38,233 bases of DNA from a virus (IMGVR_UViG_3300020042_008980:1-38233); one strand, 5' to 3'. Shown: positions 9,323-17,813, counted from the first letter of the stretch. Notes: generated by a model from the letters alone, not told the origin. Made by a program: numbers and translations.

Positions 9323-9449
9323 TTCATGTGCCTCCCTTAAACACACTAAGCCTTTAGATATTGAGTGGCAGTTTATTGGCGATAAGGCATGTCTAAGCCA
9401 AGATGACGTTCAAAAGCTATGGGAATACATCATAAGGATAAACCCATGA
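9273..9449 (+). CDS. Putative o-spanin lipoprotein (Rz1-like), absent from the ORF track
   Basis: TTG start after AGGGGGG; MKNVTRKFLMTFLLASSS-C signal with lipobox-like Cys; 58 aa; stop overlaps the next ATG. Confidence 0.6.
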   Translation: MKNVTRKFLMTFLLASSSCASLKHTKPLDIEWQFIGDKACLSQDDVQKLWEYIIRINP

Positions 9450-9634
9450 CAAGGCGCAAGGACGATCCGGTAGATCAACTAGCTTTGTATAAATACGCTC
9501 TAAATTACGTCTGGGATCACTTATGTCACAAGAGCGGTGACTGTGACTCGTGTGACGATATTTTCCGCATTAAAATGGCCCTAGCAAAACTTTGTAACGA
9601 GTTAAGCATCAAGATCAAACTTGATAAGGATTAG
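9446..9634 (+). CDS. Hypothetical protein with HLC-x4-CDSC possible metal site
   Basis: ATGA-coupled to the upstream ORF. Confidence 0.5.
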   Translation: MTRRKDDPVDQLALYKYALNYVWDHLCHKSGDCDSCDDIFRIKMALAKLCNELSIKIKLDKD

Positions 9635-9867
9635 CCAGCTTGTGCCATGCCATAGTGGTACATTAGCTCCCTATTAACGGCCATCTTTTCTACAGGGGGC
9701 TCAGGGAGTTTAATTAAGCGAAAAGAAAGGCCCCTAGCCGCTCTTTCAAGGGCAATAAGCATAAGTTCATTCTGATAGATTAGGGATGCCGTAGAGGGGC
9801 TTGTAGGAAGCGTACTTAGGTATTCTAAGCGCTTCATGACTAAATCGATATACTCTAGTATCTCCAT
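9631..9867 (-). CDS. Hypothetical protein
   Basis: 78 aa ORF with TATAAT boxes immediately upstream; divergent from the resolvase. Confidence 0.55.
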   Translation of the reverse strand: MEILEYIDLVMKRLEYLSTLPTSPSTASLIYQNELMLIALERAARGLSFRLIKLPEPPVEKMAVNRELMYHYGMAQAG

Positions 9868-9905
9868 ATTATAGATTATATTATGAATGATATTATAGTG
9901 GATTA

Positions 9906-10409
9906 ATGGTGAACTTTAATAAAGTGCGCGGTGGGTTATATGCTAAAAAAGTCGGTGCTGGCTTTGAGGATAGATTTGAGAAGTATTGCTATCACGCTGA
10001 AAATGTTAGCTGCATTCGCTTGCCAGACGGTTGTAAACGTGTCGGTGCGAATCAATTTATACCAGTTAGAACCGCTTTTGATTGGATCGTCTTTCACAGA
10101 GATACCGTAATATTCTGTGACACAAAAACCACTAATACTAATAGCTATTCTATAAATGAGGGTAAAGTAGCCTTCCAGCTAGAAAACTTCCGTATTTGCG
10201 ACTCACATAACCACATTGCAGGGTTTTTAGTTGAGTATAGAGACATAAATGAATTGCGTTGGTTCGGGCACAAGCGAATAACAGAGATACTTAAAGAGAA
10301 GAAAAGCCTACGTAGCGATGAAGGCTTGTTAGTTGGTTCATCAGTGCTACCTATGTCGATTGATTTTGAGAAGATAGTGAATGAGGCAGCTAGTCACACT
10401 CCTGTATAG
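9906..10409 (+). CDS. RecU-like / PD-(D/E)XK Holliday junction resolvase
   Basis: G.GFE N-terminal motif, FDW...FCDTK catalytic pattern, later Q..F and AGFLV segments. Confidence 0.65.
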   Translation: MVNFNKVRGGLYAKKVGAGFEDRFEKYCYHAENVSCIRLPDGCKRVGANQFIPVRTAFDWIVFHRDTVIFCDTKTTNTNSYSINEGKVAFQLENFRICDSHNHIAGFLVEYRDINELRWFGHKRITEILKEKKSLRSDEGLLVGSSVLPMSIDFEKIVNEAASHTPV

Positions 10410-10566
10410 CCATGTCTACTGCTTTATTGTCTGCTTTTATCCGCATAAGTTCTTTAGCGGCATCTAGGCTATCTAAGGTGAGTTCAAAGGTGGCTCTAAA
10501 ACCGCCATCAGGCGTTGTGCTTACTGTTTTGATAATAGCAGAATGGACTTTAATGATTTTGCTCAT
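10390..10566 (-). CDS. Small hypothetical protein, absent from the ORF track
   Basis: MSKIIKVHSAIIKTVSTTPDGGFRATFEL..., 58 aa, ATGA-coupled to the endolysin stop. Confidence 0.55.
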   Translation of the reverse strand: MSKIIKVHSAIIKTVSTTPDGGFRATFELTLDSLDAAKELMRIKADNKAVDMAIQECD

Positions 10567-11264
10567 GAGCGGTCATACCATTCAAAATGCATCCCATCTT
10601 TTCTGCTAACGTAGTCCCCACCCCAGAAAAATCCATGTTTCTTAAAAATTGCCACAACATTTCTATCCATAGCTGGTGTGCTATCGCCTAGCTCATTACC
10701 TTCATAGTTTAAATCTATTGCGATTGCGTATGAGTGAAGGCTACGACTTGATGACCCTGCTATTTGCCTCCAATTAAATACTCCCTCATAAGAGTAAAGT
10801 TTAGAGGTTAAATCATTGGCTACAATTTCATTAAAAACCTTCTGAAACTGTGGCACTAAAAGCCTATGACATGTGAAGCCGCGCTTTCCGTTTTTAAGTC
10901 CGAAGCATTTTAACACTTCTGGTACTTCGCAAAACGCTAGTTGAGAAGAAACAGCGGATTCAGAGTTTCCAAATATTTTAGCTGCTTCTGCATTAGTCTT
11001 AGGTTTTGGAGGTATTGCCCCACCTTGTACAGGGGGTAGCTCTACAGGTATAGATCCGGTAAATAGAGCATTCCACGTTATAGTGCCAACCTTTCCGTCC
11101 ACCACAAGACCATTAGTTTTTTGAAAATTAACTACAGCGGAATGTGTTAGGGGGCCGAAGAAACCATCCGCTGTGCCCTTGACCCATCCTTTTTCGATTA
11201 GTTTATTTTGAAGCTGTTTTACGTCTGCCCCATCCATTCCAAGTTTTAATGTTCTATTGGCCAT
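10563..11264 (-). CDS. Endolysin: PG_binding_1 domain plus M15-family metallopeptidase
   Basis: LKLGMDGADVKQLQ..L, DGFFGPLT, FQKTNGLVVDGKVG (peptidoglycan binding); SLHSYAIAID and DGMHFE zinc motifs. Confidence 0.9.
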   Translation of the reverse strand: MANRTLKLGMDGADVKQLQNKLIEKGWVKGTADGFFGPLTHSAVVNFQKTNGLVVDGKVGTITWNALFTGSIPVELPPVQGGAIPPKPKTNAEAAKIFGNSESAVSSQLAFCEVPEVLKCFGLKNGKRGFTCHRLLVPQFQKVFNEIVANDLTSKLYSYEGVFNWRQIAGSSSRSLHSYAIAIDLNYEGNELGDSTPAMDRNVVAIFKKHGFFWGGDYVSRKDGMHFEWYDRS

Positions 11265-11671
11265 TTTTCTTATCCAATCTTTCTTTACGAATAGCATTAA
11301 AGTATACGTCACAATCAATGTTAAATGTCCTATTTAGTTTAGGTTTAGGTTTTTTCTGTTTCTTTTTGTTTCCGGTGAATGCTTTAAGTTTGCTCATTTA
11401 TCCCCTCGTCTCCCTCATCCTCTTTTTCAATTTCATCATTCGGTTCATCTTCGTTTTCCTGCAAAAGCTTTCTTTCTAAAGACTTCTGCAGAAGCGAAGG
11501 TTTTTTATAAATAGTTACAACAGAGCTATAATCTGGCTTAGGTTTTTTTGGTTTCATCTAACATCTTTCTATATATAAATAAAAGCTTGGTTAAATCCCA
11601 CACGACCCATTTTACAGTTCCGTTATTGTATGACTCAAGTCGAGTTAGATCGGCTTTGATTTGTTCGGATG

Positions 11672-11968
11672 TCACGACTCACCCTTAATCTTGTCTTTAT
11701 CGAACTCTGATATGTAGGGGGTGTGTTGAGGTTCATATTCACCCGCCAATCTTTTCTTGATGTTAGAGCTAATCCATTTTACAAGTTCGGCAAGTTCGTC
11801 TGGATAGTACCTATATAGAAAAGATGCTTGTTTGTTAATCTCTTCATCGCTAGGCAAAACCACTCGACTGCCAAGCGCTGCTTTTGTTGCTGCTTGCCAT
11901 ACCTCTAATGTCGTTGGCACATACCCTTTTGTTTTTAGGTAGTTGTTATACCATTCTTCAAACGTCAT
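11672..11968 (-). CDS. Hypothetical protein
   Basis: MTFEEWY...EVWQAA phage-type motif; coupled to neighbouring genes. Confidence 0.6.
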   Translation of the reverse strand: MTFEEWYNNYLKTKGYVPTTLEVWQAATKAALGSRVVLPSDEEINKQASFLYRYYPDELAELVKWISSNIKKRLAGEYEPQHTPYISEFDKDKIKGES

Positions 11969-12168
11969 TCACGCTCCTTTGATAGCTCGGCTTCGCGTGA
12001 TTTTAAAGCTAACTTAAAAGCCTCGTTTGCTTCGTCTAAATGTATATTTGCTTTCTTAAAGGCATCACACCAACCGCTTGTATATCCCCAATCGTGGACT
12101 GATTTTAAAAGTACATAAACGAAAAAAGATGAGGTTATAAATAAAAATATAATTTCAAAGTTACTCAT
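11965..12168 (-). CDS. Small membrane protein
   Basis: N-terminal TM segment; ATGA overlaps on both sides. Confidence 0.55.
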   Translation of the reverse strand: MSNFEIIFLFITSSFFVYVLLKSVHDWGYTSGWCDAFKKANIHLDEANEAFKLALKSREAELSKERE

Positions 12169-12323
12169 TTCCCATTTACCTCTTTACTAAAATCATCAGC
12201 GAATCGCTCAACAGCCTTCCTTATCCTTCGCATATCTCTGCACTCACTTATCAATTGCGCTACACAAAAGCCTAGTGTGAAGAATAGGGTGTAGATTAAA
12301 TATTCCGTTTGTTGAATGCTCAT
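12165..12323 (-). CDS. Small membrane protein (52 aa), absent from the ORF track
   Basis: MSIQQTEYLIYTLFFTLGFCVAQL...; 4-nt overlaps on both sides. Confidence 0.5.
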   Translation of the reverse strand: MSIQQTEYLIYTLFFTLGFCVAQLISECRDMRRIRKAVERFADDFSKEVNGK

Positions 12324-12415
12324 TTGTCGCTCCCTAATCCTTCAAAGAACAAAAACCAAAGCACCAGGATAGCTAAAACGCAGTAAAGGTAAATTTCTGA
12401 CCAATATGCAATCAC
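12320..12415 (-). CDS. Very small membrane protein (31 aa), absent from the ORF track
   Basis: GTG start after GGAGG; MIAYWSEIYLYCVLAILVLWFLFFEGLGSDK; 4-nt overlaps. Confidence 0.45.
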   Translation of the reverse strand: MIAYWSEIYLYCVLAILVLWFLFFEGLGSDK

Positions 12416-12666
12416 GACATACCTCCCTTTTTACAGAAGTCTTCTAGCTTGGTTATTAAGGATATAAGAGAAGCATCCGGCAGACGCCTAACCGTATAGG
12501 CTTCATATTGCCAATCTTTAATAACTTTGCGGATGCTTTCTCTAAGGCCGCTCATGGCTTCAGTAGATTTTGCACTAAAGCCTTTTTGTTTATAGTTATC
12601 TTTCTCTTTGGTGTAGGTGGATGTAATAGCTCTACCATCCTTCCAATTTGATTTATCTTTGTTCAT
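12412..12666 (-). CDS. Hypothetical protein
   Basis: Start MNKDK overlaps the MTase stop (ATGA). Confidence 0.55.
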   Translation of the reverse strand: MNKDKSNWKDGRAITSTYTKEKDNYKQKGFSAKSTEAMSGLRESIRKVIKDWQYEAYTVRRLPDASLISLITKLEDFCKKGGMS

Positions 12667-13499
12667 TTTAATCCTGCCAATCTCATAAAGGCTTCTTTTG
12701 CTTGCATTGGAACCACTGCATTCCCAAGGCATTTAAGTCTGTCCATTCTATTGGAAATCCCATTAGCCACTCGACCCATAGAGGGTTCAATGTCCCACAT
12801 TCCTTCGTTTCCTTGACCGCTGTTGATAATCCAACTTGTTTTCCTATTCTGATGCGTCTTTGCACCGCTGGGTCGCTCATATTCCCTCGATCCCTGTTGT
12901 CGCTCGCACAAGGAGTCGGCCAAAGATTCTTTCTCGCCATCATTGGCAGAGACATTCGTATTTTGGATCCTTCGCTCATAGATTGATTTGTTCCGTATTC
13001 CGTAGCTGTAGGAGTGGGCAAGTAGGAACCATCGTTGTCTGAGGTGTGGGGCTCCCATCTCAGCGGCAGATACAATCGTCCACCTACAATCATACCGAAG
13101 CGAAGTGAATTCTGTGCAAACGGACTCAAGGCCTCGAACAGTGATAGCTGGGACGTTTTCCAAGAACACGAATCGGGGTCGTAATTCCCTACATAGTCGG
13201 ATGATTTCATAAAACAATCCGCTTCGCTCTCCTGCCAAGCCCGCGCGAGCTCCCGCAGCACTAATGTCTTGGCATGGAAAACCTCCATAAATAATTTCTG
13301 TTCGTGGGAGTACATGTCCCTTAAGAGTTCTGATGTCGTCCCATAATGGAGCTCGCGGTAACTCATTCTCAACCATTCTGGATAACAAAACAGATTGAGC
13401 GAATCGGTCGTTTTCACAGTAAGCGATTGGTCTAACCCATTCTGAGAGTGCGATGCTGAGGCCGCCAATTCCACTAAACAAATCCAAGCCATTTAACAT
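12663..13499 (-). CDS. C5-cytosine DNA methyltransferase, alpha-type subunit (motifs I-VIII and X, no IX)
   Basis: DLFSGIGG (I), GFPCQ (IV), ENV (VI), HLRQRWF (VIII), LGNAV (X). Confidence 0.92.
   Translation of the reverse strand: MLNGLDLFSGIGGLSIALSEWVRPIAYCENDRFAQSVLLSRMVENELPRAPLWDDIRTLKGHVLPRTEIIYGGFPCQDISAAGARAGLAGERSGLFYEIIRLCRELRPRFVFLENVPAITVRGLESVCTEFTSLRYDCRWTIVSAAEMGAPHLRQRWFLLAHSYSYGIRNKSIYERRIQNTNVSANDGEKESLADSLCERQQGSREYERPSGAKTHQNRKTSWIINSGQGNEGMWDIEPSMGRVANGISNRMDRLKCLGNAVVPMQAKEAFMRLAGLK
12683..13210 (-). CDS. Overprinted beta-type subunit of the C5 MTase (target-recognition region plus motif IX); start uncertain, frame open to 13492
   Basis: Same strand, different frame; two PTPxA modules and LNPLWVEWLMGFP (motif IX-like). 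Confidence 0.75.
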   Translation of the reverse strand: MKSSDYVGNYDPDSCSWKTSQLSLFEALSPFAQNSLRFGMIVGGRLYLPLRWEPHTSDNDGSYLPTPTATEYGTNQSMSEGSKIRMSLPMMARKNLWPTPCASDNRDRGNMSDPAVQRRIRIGKQVGLSTAVKETKECGTLNPLWVEWLMGFPIEWTDLNALGMQWFQCKQKKPL

Positions 13500-13648
13500 G
13501 TAACCTCGCACCAAAAATCGAATAGCTTCCAATCCTCAGATTGCAACACAATCCAATAAACCATTTGTGGGTGCTTAAGACTAAAACACACCCCATCCCA
13601 TTTACACTCGTATAATTCATTTGTTAGTTGATGTTTGAATAGCGTCAT
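13493..13648 (-). CDS. Small hypothetical protein (51 aa), absent from the ORF track
   Basis: AAGGA SD; MTLFKHQLTNELYECKWDG...; fills the gap between neighbouring genes. Confidence 0.5.
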   Translation of the reverse strand: MTLFKHQLTNELYECKWDGVCFSLKHPQMVYWIVLQSEDWKLFDFWCEVTC

Positions 13649-13658
13649 TCTTAATCCT

Positions 13659-14222
13659 TCAAAAATCTCTTGAGTTTTTCCCTGCTAAATATCTTTCGGC
13701 TTTTTTTCTAATAGGCACCCACCCATAGGGTTTCATTTGCTTAAATGGTGGACATGTTTGACGTGCATGTTCCCTGCCATGTTTTTTGACGGAATAATCC
13801 CAATTAACTTTATTCCAATACTCCTGCTTTTTTCCATTTTCACACTCAGGACACGATGACCAAATATCCCCACCCTCAAGTAAATGCGTTAGTTCAATGA
13901 GCCCATAATTATCACAAAAATCGCACATGATTTGCTCTATGGGATTTGGCCTATTTCCCAAATCAACTTTCGCAATATCATTGGCTTGCGCTATCTCTTC
14001 AACTTCCGCTATTGACGGCATATTCGGCTTCGTCATCACGGATACATTCAAAATCTTCTTCGCCTGATCTAGACTGAAGTACCGAGCTAGATACTCCGTT
14101 AGTGAGTCGAGAAAGTCTGGGTTTTGGCGGCTCCGGAACTTCTTCGATGCTTCTAGTACCAGTGAGAGCATTAACTTGATTTTTTCGTTGTTGGTATTTC
14201 CGAAACTGTTGTTCTGGATCAT
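13659..14222 (-). CDS. Replication accessory protein (helicase loader/inhibitor-like) with Zn finger
   Basis: MPSIAEV motif, CDFC...CPEC; directly follows the initiator-like gene. Confidence 0.5.
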   Translation of the reverse strand: MIQNNSFGNTNNEKIKLMLSLVLEASKKFRSRQNPDFLDSLTEYLARYFSLDQAKKILNVSVMTKPNMPSIAEVEEIAQANDIAKVDLGNRPNPIEQIMCDFCDNYGLIELTHLLEGGDIWSSCPECENGKKQEYWNKVNWDYSVKKHGREHARQTCPPFKQMKPYGWVPIRKKAERYLAGKNSRDF

Positions 14223-15039
14223 TTTCGTAACCTTTCTGAATTTCACGCGATAGATCGGCCTGTTTTGCAATTACATCCCCCCGATGAAAGCTTGCCTCCA
14301 TGGCAGGTATCTTGTTCATAAAAAGCCCCAAGCTATGCCCTTCTTTGAGCGCGTAGGGGTCACGCCACGCAAAGTACCTATCGATCAACTCCGTAGCTCG
14401 CTGAGTGCCAAAACGCTCGTGTATGATTTTAAACTGGGAATGGATTTTTTTGTTTAAAGGCTCCCCATAGGCATGGCCAAACACCTCCCCATAGCGTCTG
14501 TACCAAAACTCCCTAATTTCCCTTCGCTCGTCTTTTTCAGGCTCAATAATTTTCGGCTTTGAATTTACCTTGGGATTTTCAATAGGTTTTAAAACTTGAA
14601 CTTGCGGCAATTTTTTAGCCGCAGGTAATATATTCTTTTTCTTTTCTATATCTACTTCTTCTTCTAACTCTTTATTCTTATTCTTATTCTGTAGGTTCGA
14701 ATTTAATAATTCTACATAGTTAGGATACCGGACGAATGCCACTCGGTTGCTGTTGCCTAGTCGTAGCTCACGCTTTGACATACCTTTGAGGTGCTGTACG
14801 TCTGTCGTTAGCCAACCAGTCCGGCTTAATTTTTCGAGAGAAGTTACTACAGTGGATAGCTTTAGGTGCATAAAATGAGCTAATCCAACCACGTCTAATT
14901 CAATCGAATCGGATTCTTTTCCACACATTCGGCTAAGAATCTCTAGGCCAATAATAGGAGTTACAAAGTCCCCCTCTTGATAAAAGGGTATTAACGACTC
15001 TCTTAATTGTTGTGTGTGCTTAAACCATGTCTTAGCCAC
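13999..15039 (-). CDS. Putative replication initiator (replisome organiser-like)
   Basis: MAKTWFK N-terminus, HTH-like region, low-complexity KNKNKELEEEVDIEKKK linker, helical C-terminal domain. Confidence 0.6.
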   Translation of the reverse strand: MAKTWFKHTQQLRESLIPFYQEGDFVTPIIGLEILSRMCGKESDSIELDVVGLAHFMHLKLSTVVTSLEKLSRTGWLTTDVQHLKGMSKRELRLGNSNRVAFVRYPNYVELLNSNLQNKNKNKELEEEVDIEKKKNILPAAKKLPQVQVLKPIENPKVNSKPKIIEPEKDERREIREFWYRRYGEVFGHAYGEPLNKKIHSQFKIIHERFGTQRATELIDRYFAWRDPYALKEGHSLGLFMNKIPAMEASFHRGDVIAKQADLSREIQKGYENDPEQQFRKYQQRKNQVNALTGTRSIEEVPEPPKPRLSRLTNGVSSSVLQSRSGEEDFECIRDDEAEYAVNSGS

Positions 15040-15137
15040 GGCTCACCCCATTAAATTGCGGCACTTCACTCGGTTTATGTTGAAATTGAAAGGACTGGGA
15101 TTTTCCGCGTGCCGCTACGGAAATTGAAATAAATAGG

Positions 15138-15172
15138 TGCCCCCTGATGTTGTTATGGACACTTCGGGGGCA
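15138..15172 (-). terminator. GC-rich hairpin in the initiator leader (possible terminator/attenuator)
   Basis: TGCCCCC...GGGGGCA arms, followed on the minus strand by cctatttatttc. Confidence 0.4.
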
Positions 15173-15246
15173 TTGATAAATAGGGGTCATTTTAACCCCC
15201 ATCTAGCTTTAACTTTGATTAGAACTGTTTTAAGCTTCTGCCGAAG

Positions 15247-15284
<38 letters not shown>

Positions 15285-15445
15285 TATGCGTCATAATCAC
15301 TAACTTCTTACCTTCCAACTTGAGTATTTCTAAGGGTTGCTTTAGGTTTTGCATATATATTGTTTAGTCAACAATAGGGTTACTTATTAGCGGCTGGTAC
15401 GTCAATAAGTAGCCCACTCTTAAAATTACGCAGCACAACTAAACA

Positions 15446-16333
15446 TTAAAATCTTGGATTGATAGAATTTTTATAACGCGAATCTTTATTGTAAGTGTCA
15501 TTCATCGCTGCAATTGAATCTTTTTCCGGAACATGCGAGTACCTTTTGATAGTCTCGCTACACATAGCCAGCATCTTTTTTACAAAAGTCTCTGCTATTC
15601 CTTTTGAAAGCATATAACTGCACGCTGTATGCCTTAGGTCATGAAAACGTCCCTTTACCTTAGCCACCCTCTTTAATCTTCGCCACGGCTCATTATTGCT
15701 TACTAAGTGCATGTCCTTATCATCATGCTTCGGAAATAAATAAGGGCCTGTAGACCTAGCGAATCTAGCCTTTAAAATACGTAGCACTGTCCTGTTACAA
15801 CAAAAGCTTCTATCTGTTGTGCTCTTAACCTTTTGTGCGTATGGAGGCAGGTAAATCCACCCTGTTGTGAAGTTTATGTATTCCCACTTAAACCCCAAAA
15901 TCTCAGCTTTTCGCATTCCCATCGTTAAAGCCATATAGATTTGTAGCCTTAAGTTCCAACTATTGTGAAAATTATTCGACCTGTTACGTGAAAACCACAA
16001 AAGCCTTATTATTTCTTCACGTGAATAGATTTTGCCCCTGCCAAGGGTGGCGTCATAAACCTCTAGCTCAAAGACTGGTATTGGCTCCCCATGCTTTCTA
16101 GCTAGCTTCAAAATCGCTTTAATGTGTTTCTTGTGGTCTGCAATCTTAAACCCTGCCTGTTTCTTAGCATGTAGATAATCCTCAAAATGTAGCTCTTTGA
16201 TTTTGGCTATCTGCTTCTTACCGAAATGCGGATTTAGATGTTTGTTGAGTAGATAATAGGCTTGGAGATAAGACGCTTGGGAGCATGTCTTTTTATAGGC
16301 CAAATAGAGGTCAGCATAGTGTGAAAACTTCAT
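15446..16333 (-). CDS. int: Tyrosine recombinase / integrase
   Basis: TMGMRKAEI (catalytic R), FHDLRHT (HxxR), TIKRYSH (catalytic Y); GGAGG SD before ATG 16333. Confidence 0.9.
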   Translation of the reverse strand: MKFSHYADLYLAYKKTCSQASYLQAYYLLNKHLNPHFGKKQIAKIKELHFEDYLHAKKQAGFKIADHKKHIKAILKLARKHGEPIPVFELEVYDATLGRGKIYSREEIIRLLWFSRNRSNNFHNSWNLRLQIYMALTMGMRKAEILGFKWEYINFTTGWIYLPPYAQKVKSTTDRSFCCNRTVLRILKARFARSTGPYLFPKHDDKDMHLVSNNEPWRRLKRVAKVKGRFHDLRHTACSYMLSKGIAETFVKKMLAMCSETIKRYSHVPEKDSIAAMNDTYNKDSRYKNSINPRF

Positions 16334-16434
16334 AGCCGAGCCTCCAATTAGCTCGTTTAGAGTTTTGCGCACTGTCGCAATCACTCAATTTTGATAGGTA
16401 CCTTAACGTAAGGCGTCAACTTAAAGCATCTTAA

Positions 16435-17067
16435 CTAGGCTTCAACACCCCTTCTAGCGACCTCTAGGCCGTATTCATGCGCTAACTTGTATTTACCTAA
16501 ATTAGCCGATGTCCACTTCGTAGCCTTTTGTGTCTTTTGCCAGCTTATTAGCTTATCTAACCAAGTTAAGAACATTTCCGTATGGTTATTTGCAGCTTGC
16601 TTCCACGTTAAGCCATCAAATGTAGGTACGCTCTTAGTGAGTGCTTCATGTATCTTTTCGTCTAAAAAAGCATCCTCATTATTTGAGCTAGTAGCCGCTT
16701 TTCTTACTACAGGACTATCAGCTAACCTCCCCCCCTCATCCAATTCACTGGCAGCGAATGCGGTTCCGTAACCACACATTAAAAGCGCTCGACCGATAGC
16801 CCCTGTTTCGCTTTTTTCTATATAATCCCCAAATCCCTTTATGTTTTCTTGTTTATGGGCAGTAGCTACTATTTTCCCACTAGGATCTTTAATAGTAGCC
16901 TTGGCCACGGCCAAATCATTGGTCATGGTCACAAACTCAGTCTCGATTGACCAGTCGGGCTTTTCTTCACGAAACCACACCATGCGCTGTTGAACTCCCA
17001 TATAGTCCTTACCTTTAAGGTTCATTATAGGGAGTATTGTGCCTTTAGACGTTTTGAATTGATTCAT
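16435..17067 (-). CDS. Putative single-strand annealing protein (Rad52/Sak-like)
   Basis: KGKDY...R...F, AVAKATI, EKSETGAIGRAL..CGYG pattern. Confidence 0.6.
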   Translation of the reverse strand: MNQFKTSKGTILPIMNLKGKDYMGVQQRMVWFREEKPDWSIETEFVTMTNDLAVAKATIKDPSGKIVATAHKQENIKGFGDYIEKSETGAIGRALLMCGYGTAFAASELDEGGRLADSPVVRKAATSSNNEDAFLDEKIHEALTKSVPTFDGLTWKQAANNHTEMFLTWLDKLISWQKTQKATKWTSANLGKYKLAHEYGLEVARRGVEA

Positions 17068-17471
17068 TATCTATCCTCTAAATCTGGGTCTACGTTTCTA
17101 ACCTCATGGTAGGGAGCGCCACAGTCTAAGCACCCTTCCATTGCATCTACTTCATCGTGCGAACATTCTTCTTCAGGGGTACTCTCACCCTTTGCTTTTT
17201 TTATCACTTCACAAATCTCGCAAAAGCAATCCTTATGGCTTGCTCCAATTTTATTGCCATGTTTGTCTCGCTGATTTTCATCAAACAAAACTATCTTTTC
17301 AAGGACTTCCAGCATTTTAGGTGCGGCAGCTATGAGTTGTGCATTTGCTTCTACTTCTTTGTCAGTATTTCCCTGCACCCATCCACAAGTGAAGCTTGCA
17401 AGAGAGCTAATGTCTGATTCTATTCGTTTTTGAAGTTTATATTCCCAGGGCCCTTTAGTGTGCTTGCTCAT
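17067..17471 (-). CDS. Hypothetical phage protein
   Basis: Common phage motifs HTKGPW and ANAQLIAAAPKMLE; Cys pairs. Confidence 0.7.
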   Translation of the reverse strand: MSKHTKGPWEYKLQKRIESDISSLASFTCGWVQGNTDKEVEANAQLIAAAPKMLEVLEKIVLFDENQRDKHGNKIGASHKDCFCEICEVIKKAKGESTPEEECSHDEVDAMEGCLDCGAPYHEVRNVDPDLEDR

Positions 17472-17740
17472 TTCTTCTTACTCCTTAGTATCCACATGGC
17501 TAAGTCATACGCCCTTTTTTTCTCAGTTAGCTTAGAATGTGCCGCAACGTAGGATTTTAGTATCTGTTGGGCTTCTACCGTTAGGGATTCTCTCTCGTGT
17601 TTAGTTTCGCTACCAAATTCACTCATTATCTTATCCGCTTCAGCGTCTAGCTCGGCTTGTACTTCATCAAAGCTATCTACTCTGTTGTAGTGCTCCTGCT
17701 CCCTTTGGTTTTCTAAGCTTCTATCGTCTCTTGTTTTCAT
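17468..17740 (-). CDS. Hypothetical protein, first gene of the leftward operon
   Basis: Directly behind a consensus promoter; ATGA-coupled downstream. Confidence 0.65.
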   Translation of the reverse strand: MKTRDDRSLENQREQEHYNRVDSFDEVQAELDAEADKIMSEFGSETKHERESLTVEAQQILKSYVAAHSKLTEKKRAYDLAMWILRSKKK

Positions 17741-17745
17741 ACCTT

Positions 17746-17774
17746 ATTATAGCATCCTGTATTACGTTTTGCAA
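17746..17774 (-). promoter_or_regulatory. Leftward sigma70 promoter
   Basis: TTGCAA-17bp-TATAAT with extended TG; overlapped by the inverted repeat TGTATT-N9-AATACA (17758-17778). Confidence 0.75.
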
Positions 17775-17784
17775 TACAAATAGC

Positions 17785-17813
17785 TTGCATTTGGGCTATA
17801 AGTCAATTAAAAT
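17785..17813 (+). promoter_or_regulatory. Rightward sigma70 promoter
   Basis: TTGCAT-17bp-TAAAAT, ending 6 nt before ATG 17820. Confidence 0.7.

Noticed and set aside
10436-10449. Third copy of TTTATCCGCATAA
   Set aside because: Lies inside a coding region without the flanking promoter elements; probably chance.
10412-10609. Plus-strand 65-aa ORF
   Set aside because: Antisense shadow of the coupled minus-strand ORF 10390-10566 and the endolysin end.
13999-14222. 224-nt overlap of initiator and loader genes as a programmed frameshift
   Set aside because: No convincing slippery site identified; overlaps between initiator and loader genes are common in phages.
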